Source of the DNA: Chlorokybus atmophyticus
Taxonomy: Eukaryota > Plantae > Mesostigma and Chlorokybus algae
Direction: 5' to 3'
Length of the DNA stretch: 64,000 nt
Assembly (NCBI GenBank): GCA_009103225.1
Contig: RHPI01003079.1
Coordinates: 90,377-154,376, forward strand
The notes under the pieces were generated by a model that had not been told where the DNA came from, did not search any database, and saw only the letters and a list, made by a program, of their open reading frames with translations. Positions 50,763 to 64,000 of this stretch are shown piece after piece. The position numbers and the translations under genes are program-made. Every line of letters starts with the position of its first letter. Position 1 is the stretch's first letter.

Positions 50763-52160
50763 TTAGCACACAACCGCTGCAATCCATGATGTCTGTCACG
50801 TTTAAAATGCAAGACACAATCACTCTCAAGCTGCTATGTTAACATCATGATTGTATTGGAGTTCAACTGCTTAGGTAGGTGCAGCGCCTAAGTTGTTTGC
50901 TATATCCTCAGTCCTTGAGCTCGTGTGCCTTCAGCATGATGAACTATACAAGGTACCGATAAGCAGCGTGGACAGAGCTGGTTAGTATGCATGCCAGCTA
51001 CTATGGGTGACACGGCGTATATGGCTTTTCAAAGTGCCTGTAAAGCTTGTGTGGCCTGTGTTGCATAGAGAATCCAATGTCAGCGCATGATGGGCGACAA
51101 GGCGTTGATGGCTTTTCATCCCACCTATGGCCAAGTGGGAAGGCAATAGGGAGAAGTATAAAACGCTAGACCAGCATGGTGTTGTGGGATTTTGTTGAAC
51201 TCAGCTTGGTGCTTACTTGCTGTGTGTTTGGGGTGATTGGCTTAAAGGGCCTTTCTTACCCTCTTGCGCGGGGTGTTTTTGGTGGTGCAGCTAGAGTTTG
51301 ATTGTTTTCCGTGGGGTTGACGCCTGTGCGGAAGAAGAGGCGCCTCCACTTCCTGCTGTTGCTGGTGGTGTTGTTAGCGGTTATCTTTGACAACTTGTTG
51401 TTGTGGACAACCCCTTCCTAGCTGGTTCTGCCCTTGTGCATTGCCAAGTGTGCATGCATGTGTATGTCCCTTGCATGTTGTGAATGTGCATGGCCTATGT
51501 GCATGCACAATAGCCTTGCACACTTTTGTGCACGTGTGGCTGCATCCTCCAGGGCACGCTGCATGCTCACGTATAGGATGAGCCTTTGCTAGCAAGCCGC
51601 TTCTATCAGGTGTTTTACACTGTGGTGATGATAGTATTGCTCTGAGTGACCCGCCTTAAGCGGAGTGACTCGTGTGATCATCGCTTGGTTGTGGAAGCTC
51701 ATGAGGACATGGAACATGCTGCCCTTTGTCCAAACGACCTGATAGCCGGGGCTGTGTGGCTATTGCATTAGTGCACCGACCGGTACTAAATGGTTTACAT
51801 CACACTGAGGTGATGGTTGTGACACTATCCCTAGCACGTACATACACAATACAAACATCGCCGGCATTGGGAATGCGACAAAGCACTCTGCAACATTGCC
51901 GTTGCTGCCAGTTTGTACCGGTAGGCCTTATTCCGTAATTCAGATCCTCACTATGCTCATGCTCAGTGCGCATCTTGAAACAGACAAATGACCTCCTGCG
52001 ATATCAACTACTACATGCTCAATGGGCATAGGTCTACCCATGACGACTCCCTCTCACTCTGATAAAGGATGGACATAGACTTCTAGACAGCCCAATTGAG
52101 CTGCTTTTCTTGACTCAATTAAAGTCGGACGCGATGGTAGGCACAGATGGTGCACTAATG

Positions 52161-54486
52161 CTATGACTTGGACTGCAATAAAGGGTTCGAGTCCGTTTCA
52201 TAGTCAGACTCAAAGTCAAAGGCTTCCTCGTCATCGTTCAGAGCAAACCTTGACGCTGTCACAACCAATGGAGAGGACTTTACAGGAGGCTTGGGCACAA
52301 GCAGCACAAACGCACCTGCACAGGCAAGAACTCAGTGACAACAAGCAACACCAGGCATGACTTGGAGAATCTGTCTCAACTGCAATCGCACTGCTGTCAA
52401 ACTGACCTGCGGCGATGATGAGGCCATACACTGCGGTTCCAAGCTGGAAGCCAAAGATGGCTGTGACCAGGCCCCCAGCGAGCGGTCCAAGGGCGCCTCC
52501 CAGTGAGAAAAGGGACCCATACGCGCCCGAAACGGCACTAATCAAGTCCTTATCCCCGTTGCCGCGATCCACGCAGTCTAGCATGAACGGCAGCACTGGC
52601 ACCTGCCATGCCAAGGCACCATGCAAAGCTGAACATGGCAGCGGTGTATGTATGGTATGCATATGAGCTACAACAACCATGGAGAAGTGGCTTTCATACT
52701 TGTGCAGTGAAAGATGTGAGGGTGGATGTCTGGGTACTTACCACTGCCACAGACCCTCCCAGCCCAATAAAAAGCATGGCGAAGATGAGCACCTGCATGC
52801 AGGTGAGGATCAGCTGCTGCAGACCACAAGCGATTGCCGTGCAAGTTCACATATGGGAGTGAGAGTAGCCACCGCATGACAGACTCACCGCAACAGGTGG
52901 TGGTGTGCGCAGTGTAGAAAGCGCAATCCCCACCATGCCTAAACATGACAGAAGCATGCCGAAAAAGATGACGCGCCTATCGTACATAATGGCAGTGGTC
53001 AGACAGCACGAATGCACTGCATCTTTGCTTTCGGAGTATGCACATTATCGCAACACGCAGATGTGCTCGCAACTTACCTTCTGTCCATGCGATCCGAAAG
53101 CTTGCCAGCTGGCAGCGACCCTGCTGCGTACGCGACAGCTGCAACACCAAACACGAGGCCCACATACGCGGGCCGCAGCTCAAAATCATTCTTCAAGTGT
53201 GGAGGAAGCATGGCCTGTAGTGGCATACACAGTTGAGAAGAGAGTACGCACACTCACAAAATGGTGCCAAGAGGCCTCTGCAATGTCAGCCAAACCTGAA
53301 AGAAGCCAAAGTTAGCTGCTGTCAGGGTCAGAGCCGCACTGGCGGCAATCAAGGAGGGAGTCAGGAAGGATGTTAGCCTCTCACGGCTCAGGCTGGGTCT
53401 CCGGTTGATATCAGCGGTGCCTGGTTGGTCTGCTGGTAGGTAGCGTAGGGACACAGCTAGCAGCATCACCGGCATCACGCTGCACAATGTGTAAAGCATC
53501 GTGAATCCACCGATATCGTACACCAGCCCGCCTGCAGTTGAGATAGACATGCAAACACACCGGCTGGGCAATGCTAACAGTGGTGTGACATACACAACTG
53601 AACACACTCGCGAGCTCAGTCTATTAGAATCGTACCTAGCGGAGAGCCAAACATGAATCCTACTCCTAGCACAGTCTCAAGCACACCCATGGCCTGCAAA
53701 AACAACAAGAATTAATGCGCTGAAAGAGCAAACCCGTACCCTGCGCATACTGTGTTTGTTACCTGACCCGTCTTGCTGACGTAAGTTGAAGCCAGCAACG
53801 ACTTGATAGCAGTCTTGGTGGCTGCTGAACCTGCGCCCTGCAAAGAGGATAACACTCAAATTGTATAGCCTGATAAAAACTTACAATAAGCACGAGAACT
53901 CTTATAACTTGTGCCCAGGTAAGTGGTGCATTAAGCACCTGCGCAACTGCGAGCGGGATGAAGCCAGTGACAAACATCCAATTCACGTTGGAGTAGAGCA
54001 GTGGCACCAGCCCAAAGAGAAGCGTAGCTGAGCAAAGAAGCAAAACGCCACCGCACAGCACAGCTCTCCTGCCATACCTGCATGCAAGCACATGACAATG
54101 ACCACACGTGCATGGAACAAAGACAGGTTTAATCCAATTCTATGCACACTAACCTGGCACACAGCAAACCACTGGGAGCCGATGTCACCATGACGGCAAA
54201 ACCCGCAGCCGACAGCGCCGACGCCGTCAACAATGGCGAAGCTTGCAACTCACCAGCCTTGCATGCACATTGAGGTGAACTTAACACACCCTTGGATGTT
54301 CTAGCACAGAGTCACAAGTACCACGCACGCACGTACCTTGAGAGAGAAGAAAGGCGACATGACAGCTTCCATCGCCAGGACGAAGATCATTCCATAGCAG
54401 CACAGGACCCAAATCCTGTTACTAGTACTGGCAGTGGATGCAGAAGCACCCTCCATTTGCAAGACGTTGTCCTCTTCAACGTCCAT
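52161..54486 (-). CDS. MFS transporter, SLC18B1-like, multi-exon
   Basis: Hydrophobic exons: IWVLCCYGMIFVLAMEAVMSPFF; RYGRRAVL (motif A); AGGLVYDIGGF; YVGLVFGVAAVAYAAGSLPAGKLSDR; VSGAYGSLFSLGGALGPLAGGLV; acidic C-terminal tail. Confidence 0.85.
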
Positions 54487-54930
54487 GCTCACAGGCCTCA
54501 TATTCGCAGCCCCCACCAACCTACCCCCTACTCTCCGCCTCCTGGACGTGCTCCACTACCTTCCCGACAAGTGGTCAACATCATGCCATCAAAACATGCC
54601 TGCATAAAGCATGCCTGACAGCGCACCAAGCTGCCACTAATTTGCCAAAGCTTGCAACCACCAAACAAGAAAATGTACAAGTAAATGCAAATGAATGTGC
54701 AAGAAAACAAGTGCTCACAGCGCCGCCGCCGCCGCCGCCTACTACAACAAGGTGGACAACGCCGCCCCATCAACGGCAAGGGAAGGTTCAGCTAACACGA
54801 ACTTCCACAGCATACAGCTTCCAGAGGAATTCGTCTTCCTTCCGTGGATTAGGGTACCCGACTAGGCTAGTTAGGACAAGCTTGTCTTCTATCCGTCTGT
54901 TATCCGTTGGGCTGGACAGCGACGGCGACG

Positions 54931-57900
54931 ATGGCGGCGGCGGTGGCAGGGCTGGGGGTTGGGGTAGGGGTGGGGCTGAGCAGCAGCTGCAGCATTCACC
55001 CACGCTCATTGCCGCGGAAGCAGCAGCAGAAGCCCAGCTTGGCCTCGGCTGGTTTGGTCAGGCGGGCGGCGGCGCTGCTGAGCAGCAGGAGGCGGCGGCA
55101 GCACAGCAGGCGGCGTCTGGATGCCAAGGCTTCTGGCAGAGCTACCGTCACATGCCAGGCCATTGCCGTTGAGTCCGGCACCACCGCCGCTAAAACTACC
55201 GTCGGCGTTCCCTGCGCCGACCTCACCATTGGCATTCCCAAGGTGTGTAGTACTTCCCAATTCACAAATCAACTGCAAGGGTTGAAACTTCACTATGGCA
55301 TGCTGCTAGCAGTACTGTTTATTCATGAAGCAAGGTTTACTTATTCATGAAGCAAGAAGGTGCTTTAAGCACTGTAACTGGTTCTCAAGAACCTGCATGC
55401 ACATAGAATTGATTGTTGGCAGCAAACTAGATTTATACGACTCATGATGATTATTGTCATAGCGTACTAGTGACAGTATTGTTCTATTGCAGGAAATCTT
55501 TTCTGGTGAGAGGCGTGTTGCAGCAACGCCGGAGAGCATTCGCCGCCTGCGCAAGGAGGGCTTCCGTGTCGTGGTTGAATCAGATGCGGGAGCAGAGGCG
55601 TCCATCCGTGATGAGGACTTTGAGGCTGCTGGTGCAACGGTAGTGTCCGTGTTATGTGCATACACATGCTGGATGCATGGCTGTGTGTATGCTCTCAGTA
55701 TGGTTGCTACATGCGGCATTGCTCAGGTCTATGCAAGAAACACAACTTGTGTGCGCGCGTGTATGTGAACGTGTGTTTTCGAGGGGAGAGCATTCATGCA
55801 TCGGTCCTGCAGGCACTGATAAGAAGAGAATAAACTAGCACCTCATGCAGCCTGGTTGCGTTTGCTGATTCTGCACTGACGCAGGTCGTCCCAACAGCTG
55901 ACGTGTGGAGAGAGGCAGATATTGTCTTGAAGGTAAGCACAGACTTCCAGCACCGCAGCACCGCAGCGCATGTGTGCATGCACTTTTGTGTTAGCTTTTG
56001 TCCATGCTGCTAGTATGTATGCCACCACCGCCAGTTGTGTCCTGCTATGGCTGTTTACTGGGGGTAGTCATGTTCTGTTGCTGGTGCAGGTTCGGGCTCC
56101 TCAGATGAACAATGAACTTGGTGTGCATGAGGCTGATCTGATGAGGAAGGATGGGACCATCATCTCCTTCCTTTGGCCAGCCCAGAACAAGGACCTTGTG
56201 GACAAGCTGCAACAAAATGGGGTACTGTTGGTGTTCCATGGTCAGCACCTACACCATTGCATGCGCTCTTGTCGTTGCCACAAAAATTATAATTACATTG
56301 ATCTGTGATGACCTGAATTCTGTCGTGAGTGTGGTATGGTCTTGACTCTGCTATACATGCATGAAGTGAGCCTAAAGTAACCATGTTGATGCTGGCAGGT
56401 GACAGTGTTTGGCATGGACTGCATGCCACGTACCCTCAGTCGTGCGCAAACGTTCGATGCGCTGACCTCGATGGCCGGCATTGCTGGGTGAGACACTGCT
56501 CGTGTGTTTGTTTAAGAGTGTTGTGTTGACTTGATGTGCGTGTTGTTAATTAGCTATGTGGTATACATATACGAATGTATCGTAATGCTGACTATCGCCT
56601 TGTATGCAGATACCGGGCGGTTGTGGAGGCGAGCAACTCTTTCGGAAGGTTCTTCGCAGGGCAGTTCACTGCAGCCGGCAAAGTGGACCCCGCCAAAGTG
56701 CTTGTCATCGGCGCGGGTGTCGCCGGCCTAGCCGCCATCCAGACAGCGAAGAACCTTGGAGCCATTGTACGCGCGTTCGATGTGCGCTCCAGTGTGAAAG
56801 AGCAAATCAAGTCTGTCGGCGCGGAGTTTCTTGAAGTGAAGCTTGAGGAGGAGGGCGAGGGCACCGGCGGCTATGCCAAGGAGATGTCCAAAGAGTTCAT
56901 TGAAGCTGAGATGGCGCTATTTGCAGCCCAGGCTAAGGAGGTCGATATCATCATCACCACAGCTCTTATCCCAGGGCGACCCGCGCCCAAGCTGATTACA
57001 ACGGACATGGTGGAGAGCATGAAGCAGGTGCGGTGGTATACCACAAAGGAGTTGAATCAGTGGTTGATGTGACATGAAGCTTACGTGTGTTTTTGTGCAG
57101 GGGTCTGTCATTGTTGATCTCGCTGCCGAGAATGGAGGCAACTGTGAGGTCACCAGGCCGGGTGAGCTATACAACTACAACGGCGTGACAATCGTCGGCT
57201 ATACGGATTTGCCCAGCCGCATGCCATTGCAGTCGAGCGTGCTTTACTCCAACAACATCAGCAAGTGCGTTGCAAGCTGTGTCAGTCACACGGCTGCTGT
57301 CTTTGGCGTCACGTTGTTGCTCACAGTCTGTGCCGCGCCAACAGGTACCTGCTCTCCATGTGTAAGGAGCAGAAGTGGAGAGTCGACTTGGAGGATGAAG
57401 CCGTGCGTGGTGCCGTTGTGTTGCTGGTAAGCGCATGCATAGATTGGTATAGAGTGGTCTCGTGTGAGTACGTAGTATGAGTATGCGGTGTATGCGGTGT
57501 CCAACATATGCTTGCTGTGGCTAGCTTGGCAAATTACGTTTGCACACATCACAAAGCCATCGTAAGCGAATGCCGTGTGTAGTGGCGGTTGGTCTTGTCA
57601 CGCAATGTTGTTCTTTTTAGGACGGTCAGCTGCTCTGGCCTGCACCCCAGAAGGCGCCTCCTCCGCCTGCCGCCACCCCTGCAACTCCACCTCCTCCGTC
57701 AGCTGTCCCAGAGGAGCCAGAGGACCCGGCCGCCATCAGCTTCAGGACCACTCTCTCTAGGGCAGTTACAGTCACAGCTGGCATTGCCGCTGTCATTGGA
57801 CTTGGAGCCATTGCCCCCGCCCGTTCGTTCACCAACATGTAAGTATTACTGTATGGCACAGTGAATCGCACAACTTGTGCATTGAAGGTACAAGCGGGTG

Positions 57901-60719
57901 CAAACACTTGACGATTGAGATGATGCGACATGTTTGTCCCATTGTTGACACAGGATTTCTACCCTGGTGCTGGCAAGTCTTGTGGGTTGCCAAGTGGTGT
58001 TTGGTGTGACGCCCGCGCTGCACTCACCTTTGATGTCCGTCACCAACGCCATATCCGGCATGACGGCTGTGGGCGGCCTTGTGCTCATGGGTGGAGGCCT
58101 GTATCCAAACAGCGTGCCCACAACCCTCGCAGCGATTGCTGTGTTGGTGTCTGCCATTAACATCTCCGGCGGGTACACACCTTGTGCACCTATAGTTGTT
58201 GCGGCATGGCAATTGCATTGTCAAGTTGCCTGCTCACGCGTACGCCTTGTTTGTGCAGATTTGTCATGACAAACCGCATGCTTGGCATGTTTCGGCGTCC
58301 CGGAGATGCTCCCGAGTACGCGTGGCTGTACGCCGTTCCGGCTGCAGTGTTTGTCGGCCTGTTCTTGGCGGCCATCCGGGCCGGCCTCTCACACGTCACT
58401 CAGATGGCTCTTTTGGCGTCGTCCGTGTGCTGCATTGGAGGCATTGCCGGCCTCTCTGCGCAGGTGAGCTGTCACGCACACGCCGTCACCAGGTTGATTA
58501 CTTGGTATTGTGTCCAGTACAAAACATCATAACACAACTGACGATGTTGTGTGTCATGCAGAGTACTGCCCAGTATGGCAACGCCCTTGGCGTGTTGGGT
58601 GTAACGAGTGGACTCGCAGCCACACTCGGATCGCTCACTGTACCTCGCGCTGTGTACACGCAAATGGGTGCTACTCTTGGCATAGGTAAGGATCTCAGCT
58701 TGTGTTTGAAAATGTTCTAATCGGTGTCTCACTACAAACAACTTGTTGGTCAGGTACGCTGTTGGGCACGGCGATTGCCAACAAGGTTCAGGTCACCGAG
58801 CTCCCGCAGCTCGTCGCGGCCTTCCACTCTCTGGTGGGTCTGGCGGCGTGCGCCACCGGGATCGCCAGTTACATGATGGGCCACAACCTTGACGTGGTGC
58901 ATAAGGTGTCCACCTACCTCGCAGCCATCATCGGTGGTATTACCCTCACGGGGTCCATCGTCGCCTTCGGCAAGCTGCAGGTGACTATTCTTGCAGAAAA
59001 GACCTGTACATTGTCAACATGTCATGTTGAGATGATCAAACACCTTGTGCAATTGCAGGGCATCATGTCCGGCAAGGCCCTGAAGCTCCCCGGAAAGAAC
59101 CTCATCAACTTTGCGTTGGCGGCGGCTTGCGTGGCAGGCGGTGTCGGTTTGCTTGCGCAGACCACCACAGCAGCGGTTGGCCTGCGGCTGTTGACTGCAG
59201 CTACGGTTGTGTCAGGTAAGCATGCGAGGGGATTCCAACACTCGCTTGTTGCACACACGTCAAGCCACACATCTGATGTACAACATTGGCATCAGGTATC
59301 CTTGGGTGGCACATGGCGGCGTCTGTTGGAGGTGCAGACATGCCTGTTGTGATCACACTGCTCAACAGTGCTAGTGGCTGGGCATTGGCAGCAGAGGGCT
59401 TTGTGCTTGGGTATGTGCAATGCAGTTGTTGCACACAGTAATGATCATGATTATGCTATGAAGTTCTGGGAGCTGAGCGCGTTTGGTTTGCAGCAACGAT
59501 TTGTTGACTATTGTTGGAGCGCTGATTGGCTCGTCTGGAGCAATTCTGTCATGGATCATGTGCAAGGCCATGAACCGCACAATAGTGCAAGTGCTCGGCC
59601 TTGTTACCATAGCTCCCAAGATGAAGCCGGTAAACATCGGTTGGGCCTTGTCAGTGTGTGTGGTGGGAATGTTGTTTCAATACATATAACCTGGTTGATG
59701 TTTGCGCAACTGTGCAGGGTGCGGGCGTTGGGTACTGCACAATCACCGGCGAATGCACTGAGGCCGGTATCGAGGATGTTGTGAGTTATCTGACGCGCGC
59801 AAAGAAGGTCAGCCACGGACCAGACCACGTCATCCAATGCACTTATAATTGTTGCATTCACGTTAAGATCGCCATATAGACGGATGCAACATAACAATGA
59901 TGCACCGCGCAGGTTATCATCGTGCCCGGATACGGTCTTGCTGTGGCCAAGGCGCAGTATGCGCTCGCTGAGATGATTAAGCTTCTACAAGCGGACAAGG
60001 TGTGCGGCCGCTTCCTTTTATGTTTATGAGGGTTGCGACGGCTCCACTGCATGGTGACTTGTGTGCCCGCAGGTTGACGTCCAGCTGGCCATCCATCCTG
60101 TTGCTGGAAGGATGCCTGGCCAGCTCAACGTGCTTCTGGCTGAGGCCGGCATTCCGGTGCGCTGCACTCTATGATGTGGCACAATGTGTTGTCATGGTGT
60201 GTGTGCTGGTTTGTATTATGGACACTTGTGTGCGTGTGCAGTATGACATTGTGAAGGAGATGGAAGAGATCAACGACGAGTTCGACCATGCGGACGTGGC
60301 GCTTGTGATTGGCGCCAATGATACTGTCAACAGCGCTGCTGAGGATGACCCCAACTCTCCCATAGCTGGCATGCCCGTGCTTCGAGTTTGGAAGGCAAAG
60401 ACGGTAAGACAGGATTTACTCGCTACAGTCCCATAGTTGTTGGGACTTGATGAGCTCACCGCGTGTCTTCGCCAGGCGGTGGTTCTGAAGCGCAGCCTGG
60501 GTGCGGGTTATGCTGACATTGACAATCCAGTCTTCTACAACGAAAACACAAGGGTATGACAACACGAGGACTTAAGTGGTGCTCTGTTTCAACTGCTCTC
60601 TTGATGCCATAACAATTCGATCTGTTCTGCAGATGCTTCTCGGTGATGCACGGTGTAATTGTGAAGACTTGAGGGATAAGCTGCGGGATGTGTACAATGG
60701 AGTCTGCATATTGGACTGA
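54931..60719 (+). CDS. NNT: Proton-translocating NAD(P)+ transhydrogenase, fused alpha-beta (dI-dII-dIII), with N-terminal targeting peptide
   Basis: [14 protein letters not shown]; [15 protein letters not shown]; [11 protein letters not shown]; [18 protein letters not shown]; [17 protein letters not shown]; [21 protein letters not shown]; GANDTVN; DNPVFY; MLLGDA. GT-AG introns; apparently intact. Confidence 0.95.
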
Positions 60720-61971
60720 CGTCATGACAACGTCAAGGGCAACTCTGGCTCGTAGTATGGCAAGAGTTGGTTGTAGAATAGAATAACCCAACCCAACAAC
60801 ACATAAGCGTCGCCAGCGTTATGCTGCGACATAAGCTATGTAGTGCAAAATGCCATAAGCAAGGAGCACCCATTCCAGCAGCCATACCGGAGAGAGCATG
60901 GTATTTTCTCACAGCTGCCTGTTTTACCCCTTGTGTAAGCAAAGGGGCATGCATGCAGCTGTGGGTATGACAAGCACTCACCAACCAGCCAACCAACCCA
61001 AGCATAGCATTGTTTGTGGCCATGAGGTGTCACAAGTAGGGCGAGTACTTCCGATGTGGCGGAACAGGCACACAACAAGCATCAGTGACAAATATGTCAG
61101 CAAGTTAAATGCAGACATTGATTGCTTAGACGCATTGTCCTTGCCTATGCATAGGGTATTCATCTCTTTCGTAATTGCATTAACTGCATCAACTTACACA
61201 CCTTGGTGTATGGATGTATAATGCAATGTATGTGTAAAGCAAATAAATGCAACAAAGCAATGCACACGCAAGCACACACACGCAAGCAAGTAGTCACAGC
61301 TAGGACAATAGCAGTACAAAGACAAAGATTTGGGGGGCCCCAGAGCAGTGCTAGACTTCTAAGACCTCAAACTCTTACACCCTATACATTCCCTCTTGCA
61401 TCTTTTGTTCACAACCATGGGGTAGGATGGAGTGAGAAGGAATGCAGCAAGGAGGGGGGATATATCTGTGCGCTTGATACGCAGCAACAGCAACAGCAAG
61501 GAGACAATGTATCCTGCAAGTTTGCTGATCAAGCTTGTCTTATGTTCATTGACTTGAATGAATCATACTGTTATGCTAGCAAAGACGCTTTGTGTCCTGT
61601 TTTTCATAAAGCCGGCTGTAGTAGTGCATGCCAACCCAACAATAGTTAGCTGAATATTTCCAGTCTCATCCAAACCTCGCATGGCCATGCAAGAATTACA
61701 TCTATCTCAATTGCCAAGCCCACCTGCAGTGTGTCGCTAAACTCGTTCCCCACAAAGTGAAATCACCAGCTCGCTACCAACCTCTACTCGTGTTCAAAGC
61801 AATTTGTCAATCTGTCAGATCTGTTGGCATTGCTTGTAACCAACTCCAATGAAAGCTAATGTACAAAGGCTGCTCTAAGCTTGCGTTACTCTCCATCATC
61901 TCCAGCGGGGCTTATTCATTGCTCATGACCCAACATAACCCAACATGAGCCGACAATTCTTCTCCCCAACT

Positions 61972-64000
61972 CTACCTTTGTTGGAACTCCCGCATCAGGC
62001 CGACGGCGCGCACGGATTGTATGGCCAAAAAGAGGAGTAAAACCAGAATGGCAGCCAGCAGATACGTGTCGAGCGTAATGCCGCGGCTTTGAACTGGTGT
62101 GGTGGCGTAGTTGTTATTGTTGTTTTGAGGTTGGAATGATGATGTCGACTTGGTGTCTGTTATTGTGTCGGAGGGTGCGGACGCATCGTTGCCGGAGGCG
62201 TGTGCGGCACCGGCTGACTTGGCCTCTTTTGCAGCCATTTGCCTCACAATCTGCGCAAAATGAATGTCATGAGAGTTATGTTAAAACCAACACACGCACA
62301 TGACATACCACAGATGAGTGTAAGATGATACTTCAACCATCATTATGGCTCAAGCATTCGCACGTAGCCACATGCTCAAATGTATGGATACATACACTTG
62401 CAATGGCATGTATACACATACACACACGTGCAGATGCGTGAACATACGCAAGAGTACATGTGGATGTGTGTGCTCGTGCAGTCTCATGTCTCATGTGTCA
62501 TGACGAATGAACAACAACTACATGGCACGGTTTTCTTACGTCCATGAAGTTCTTGTTGGCCGTAACGACTCCGTCCTGGCTCCCCTTTTTGATCATGGAC
62601 TTGACCATGGGGCTCTTCACGAAGAACACCTCCATGGTGATGCGCAGCCGGGAGGTCTTGGGCGTCTTGTACTGTATCACATACTGCACGCACACACGCA
62701 CACACACACACATACATGTGTGAGTGATGGCGCATGTGTCAAGTGATGTGAGGTTGGTGTGACCAATCGTCACTCGCCTGCATGTGGATGTAGAAGCTGC
62801 TGCCGTACGGCATGTGCGGCGTGTCCACGCGCAAGTCGACCACCGTGCCACCCTTCTCGTGAACAAGCATCGTGTACGTCTCAAACACCTGCACAACAAA
62901 CCACACTTCACCCTCGTACAAGTCTACATCACAATACACGCGCGCGCGCATGTGTTCGTGTACGTGCACGTGCGCATGCATACACACCCATGTGCACACA
63001 CGCACACATACGCATGTGGGCATGTGCATCTATGCATGTATCAGACTAACGTTGTATGGATGTGCAGAACATCGACACAACGTCAATATGCTAGCCCACA
63101 CCCACATCACCTCCCCACCTGCGCTTCTTTGGGCGCCATGGGTGCGTTCACCGGCATTATGAACTGGTTCTTCCTGACCATCTGTCCCTTCTCGTCCCTC
63201 ACCCACGGTTTGGTCACGACCTCGCGTCGCTGCTGGCGCTCGTTGTAGGCCTCCATCACGGGGGAGACGGAGCCAAAGATCAGGCGGTGGAGGGACTTGG
63301 AGGGGACCTGGGATGTGCGGATGTGTGTGTGTGGGTGGGTGGGTGTGGGTGCGAATTGGTTTTGCTGTGCGGGTGCAGTATTCCGACGTTATTTTCGACG
63401 CATGCGTGTGTCATGTATGTGCACGCGCGCGCACGCATGCGCTGGTGTGTACGTGTGTCATGTGGTGTGATAACGAGCTTCACAGTGTTGACACTCACTG
63501 GCAGTTCTTCGTCTGCGAGGGCGACTTCGAGTGGTTCCGGCACGGAGATCGGCGCGGGCGGGGGCTCGTTGTCTTCGGCCTCGCCCGCGGCGCCGGCCTC
63601 GCCGGTCTGCTCCGACGCATCGTCCTCCTCTTCGACCGGAGAGACCTATACAAACACAACAAAAAGCAAAATGTGTGTCTGATGCCATGCTCCGTGACAG
63701 ATACAACCACACAAGCACGAAGACAGGACAACAAGCACAAGCAGGTACATGCGCAGGCAATGCACGACCCACACACGAGTGCACGCGGGCGTACACGGCT
63801 GCGTGCATGCGGGGAATGCACGTGGACCAACACCTGGTTGCGCACATAAGCACGCCCACGCACGCACGCACGCTTGCAGGCATATGCCATGATGTGTACA
63901 CGTTACCTTGGGTGGCGGCAGCAGTTTGAGCGACACGAGCAGTTCCCCTAACGGTCTGATCTCCTTGTCGTGCCCTGACTTGCTGTTGAGGTGGCGCACA
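61972..64000 (-). CDS. 3' part of a VASt (StART-like) domain membrane protein of the VAD1/GRAM-C2 family
   Basis: KPW..VRKNQFIMPVNAPMAPK; VVDLRVDTPHMPYGSSF; RLRITMEVFFVKSPMVKSMIKK; C-terminal TM segment YLLAAILVLLLFLAI. The gene continues beyond the window. Confidence 0.8.

Noticed and set aside
52183-52200. GGTTCGAGTCC tRNA B-box-like motif
   Set aside because: No D or anticodon arms can be formed, and it lies in the last coding exon of the MFS gene on the opposite strand.
54438-55350. Long overlapping alternative ORFs (e.g. 54438-55172 +, 55006-55293 -)
   Set aside because: Shadow frames of the GC-rich first NNT exon and its upstream region.

Overview
Intron-rich eukaryotic DNA from the green lineage. 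A chromomethylase, a proton-pumping transhydrogenase and a DNMT-carrying Gypsy occurring together point to an early-diverging streptophyte (charophyte) alga; this is inference. The left ~38 kb is a nest of decayed retroelements (three Ty3/Gypsy coding remnants plus an LTR/leader relic, two Ty1/Copia, one CRE-like LINE, an RY-rich satellite) around one host gene encoding a secreted NIDO + 4x PKD-like repeat protein. The right ~26 kb holds host genes (CMT, an SLC18B1-like MFS transporter, NNT, a VASt-domain protein), a probable transposon-derived gene and a complete ~0.5 kb TRIM. The main observation is a Ty3/Gypsy element (20106-28356) whose pol carries a DNMT3-like C5-cytosine methyltransferase between protease and RT, in the same reading frame as RT. 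The same family lacks a tRNA-type PBS and instead has a 15-nt leader sequence complementary to its LTR/leader junction. Gene models and TE boundaries were read by eye; coordinates of decayed elements are approximate.
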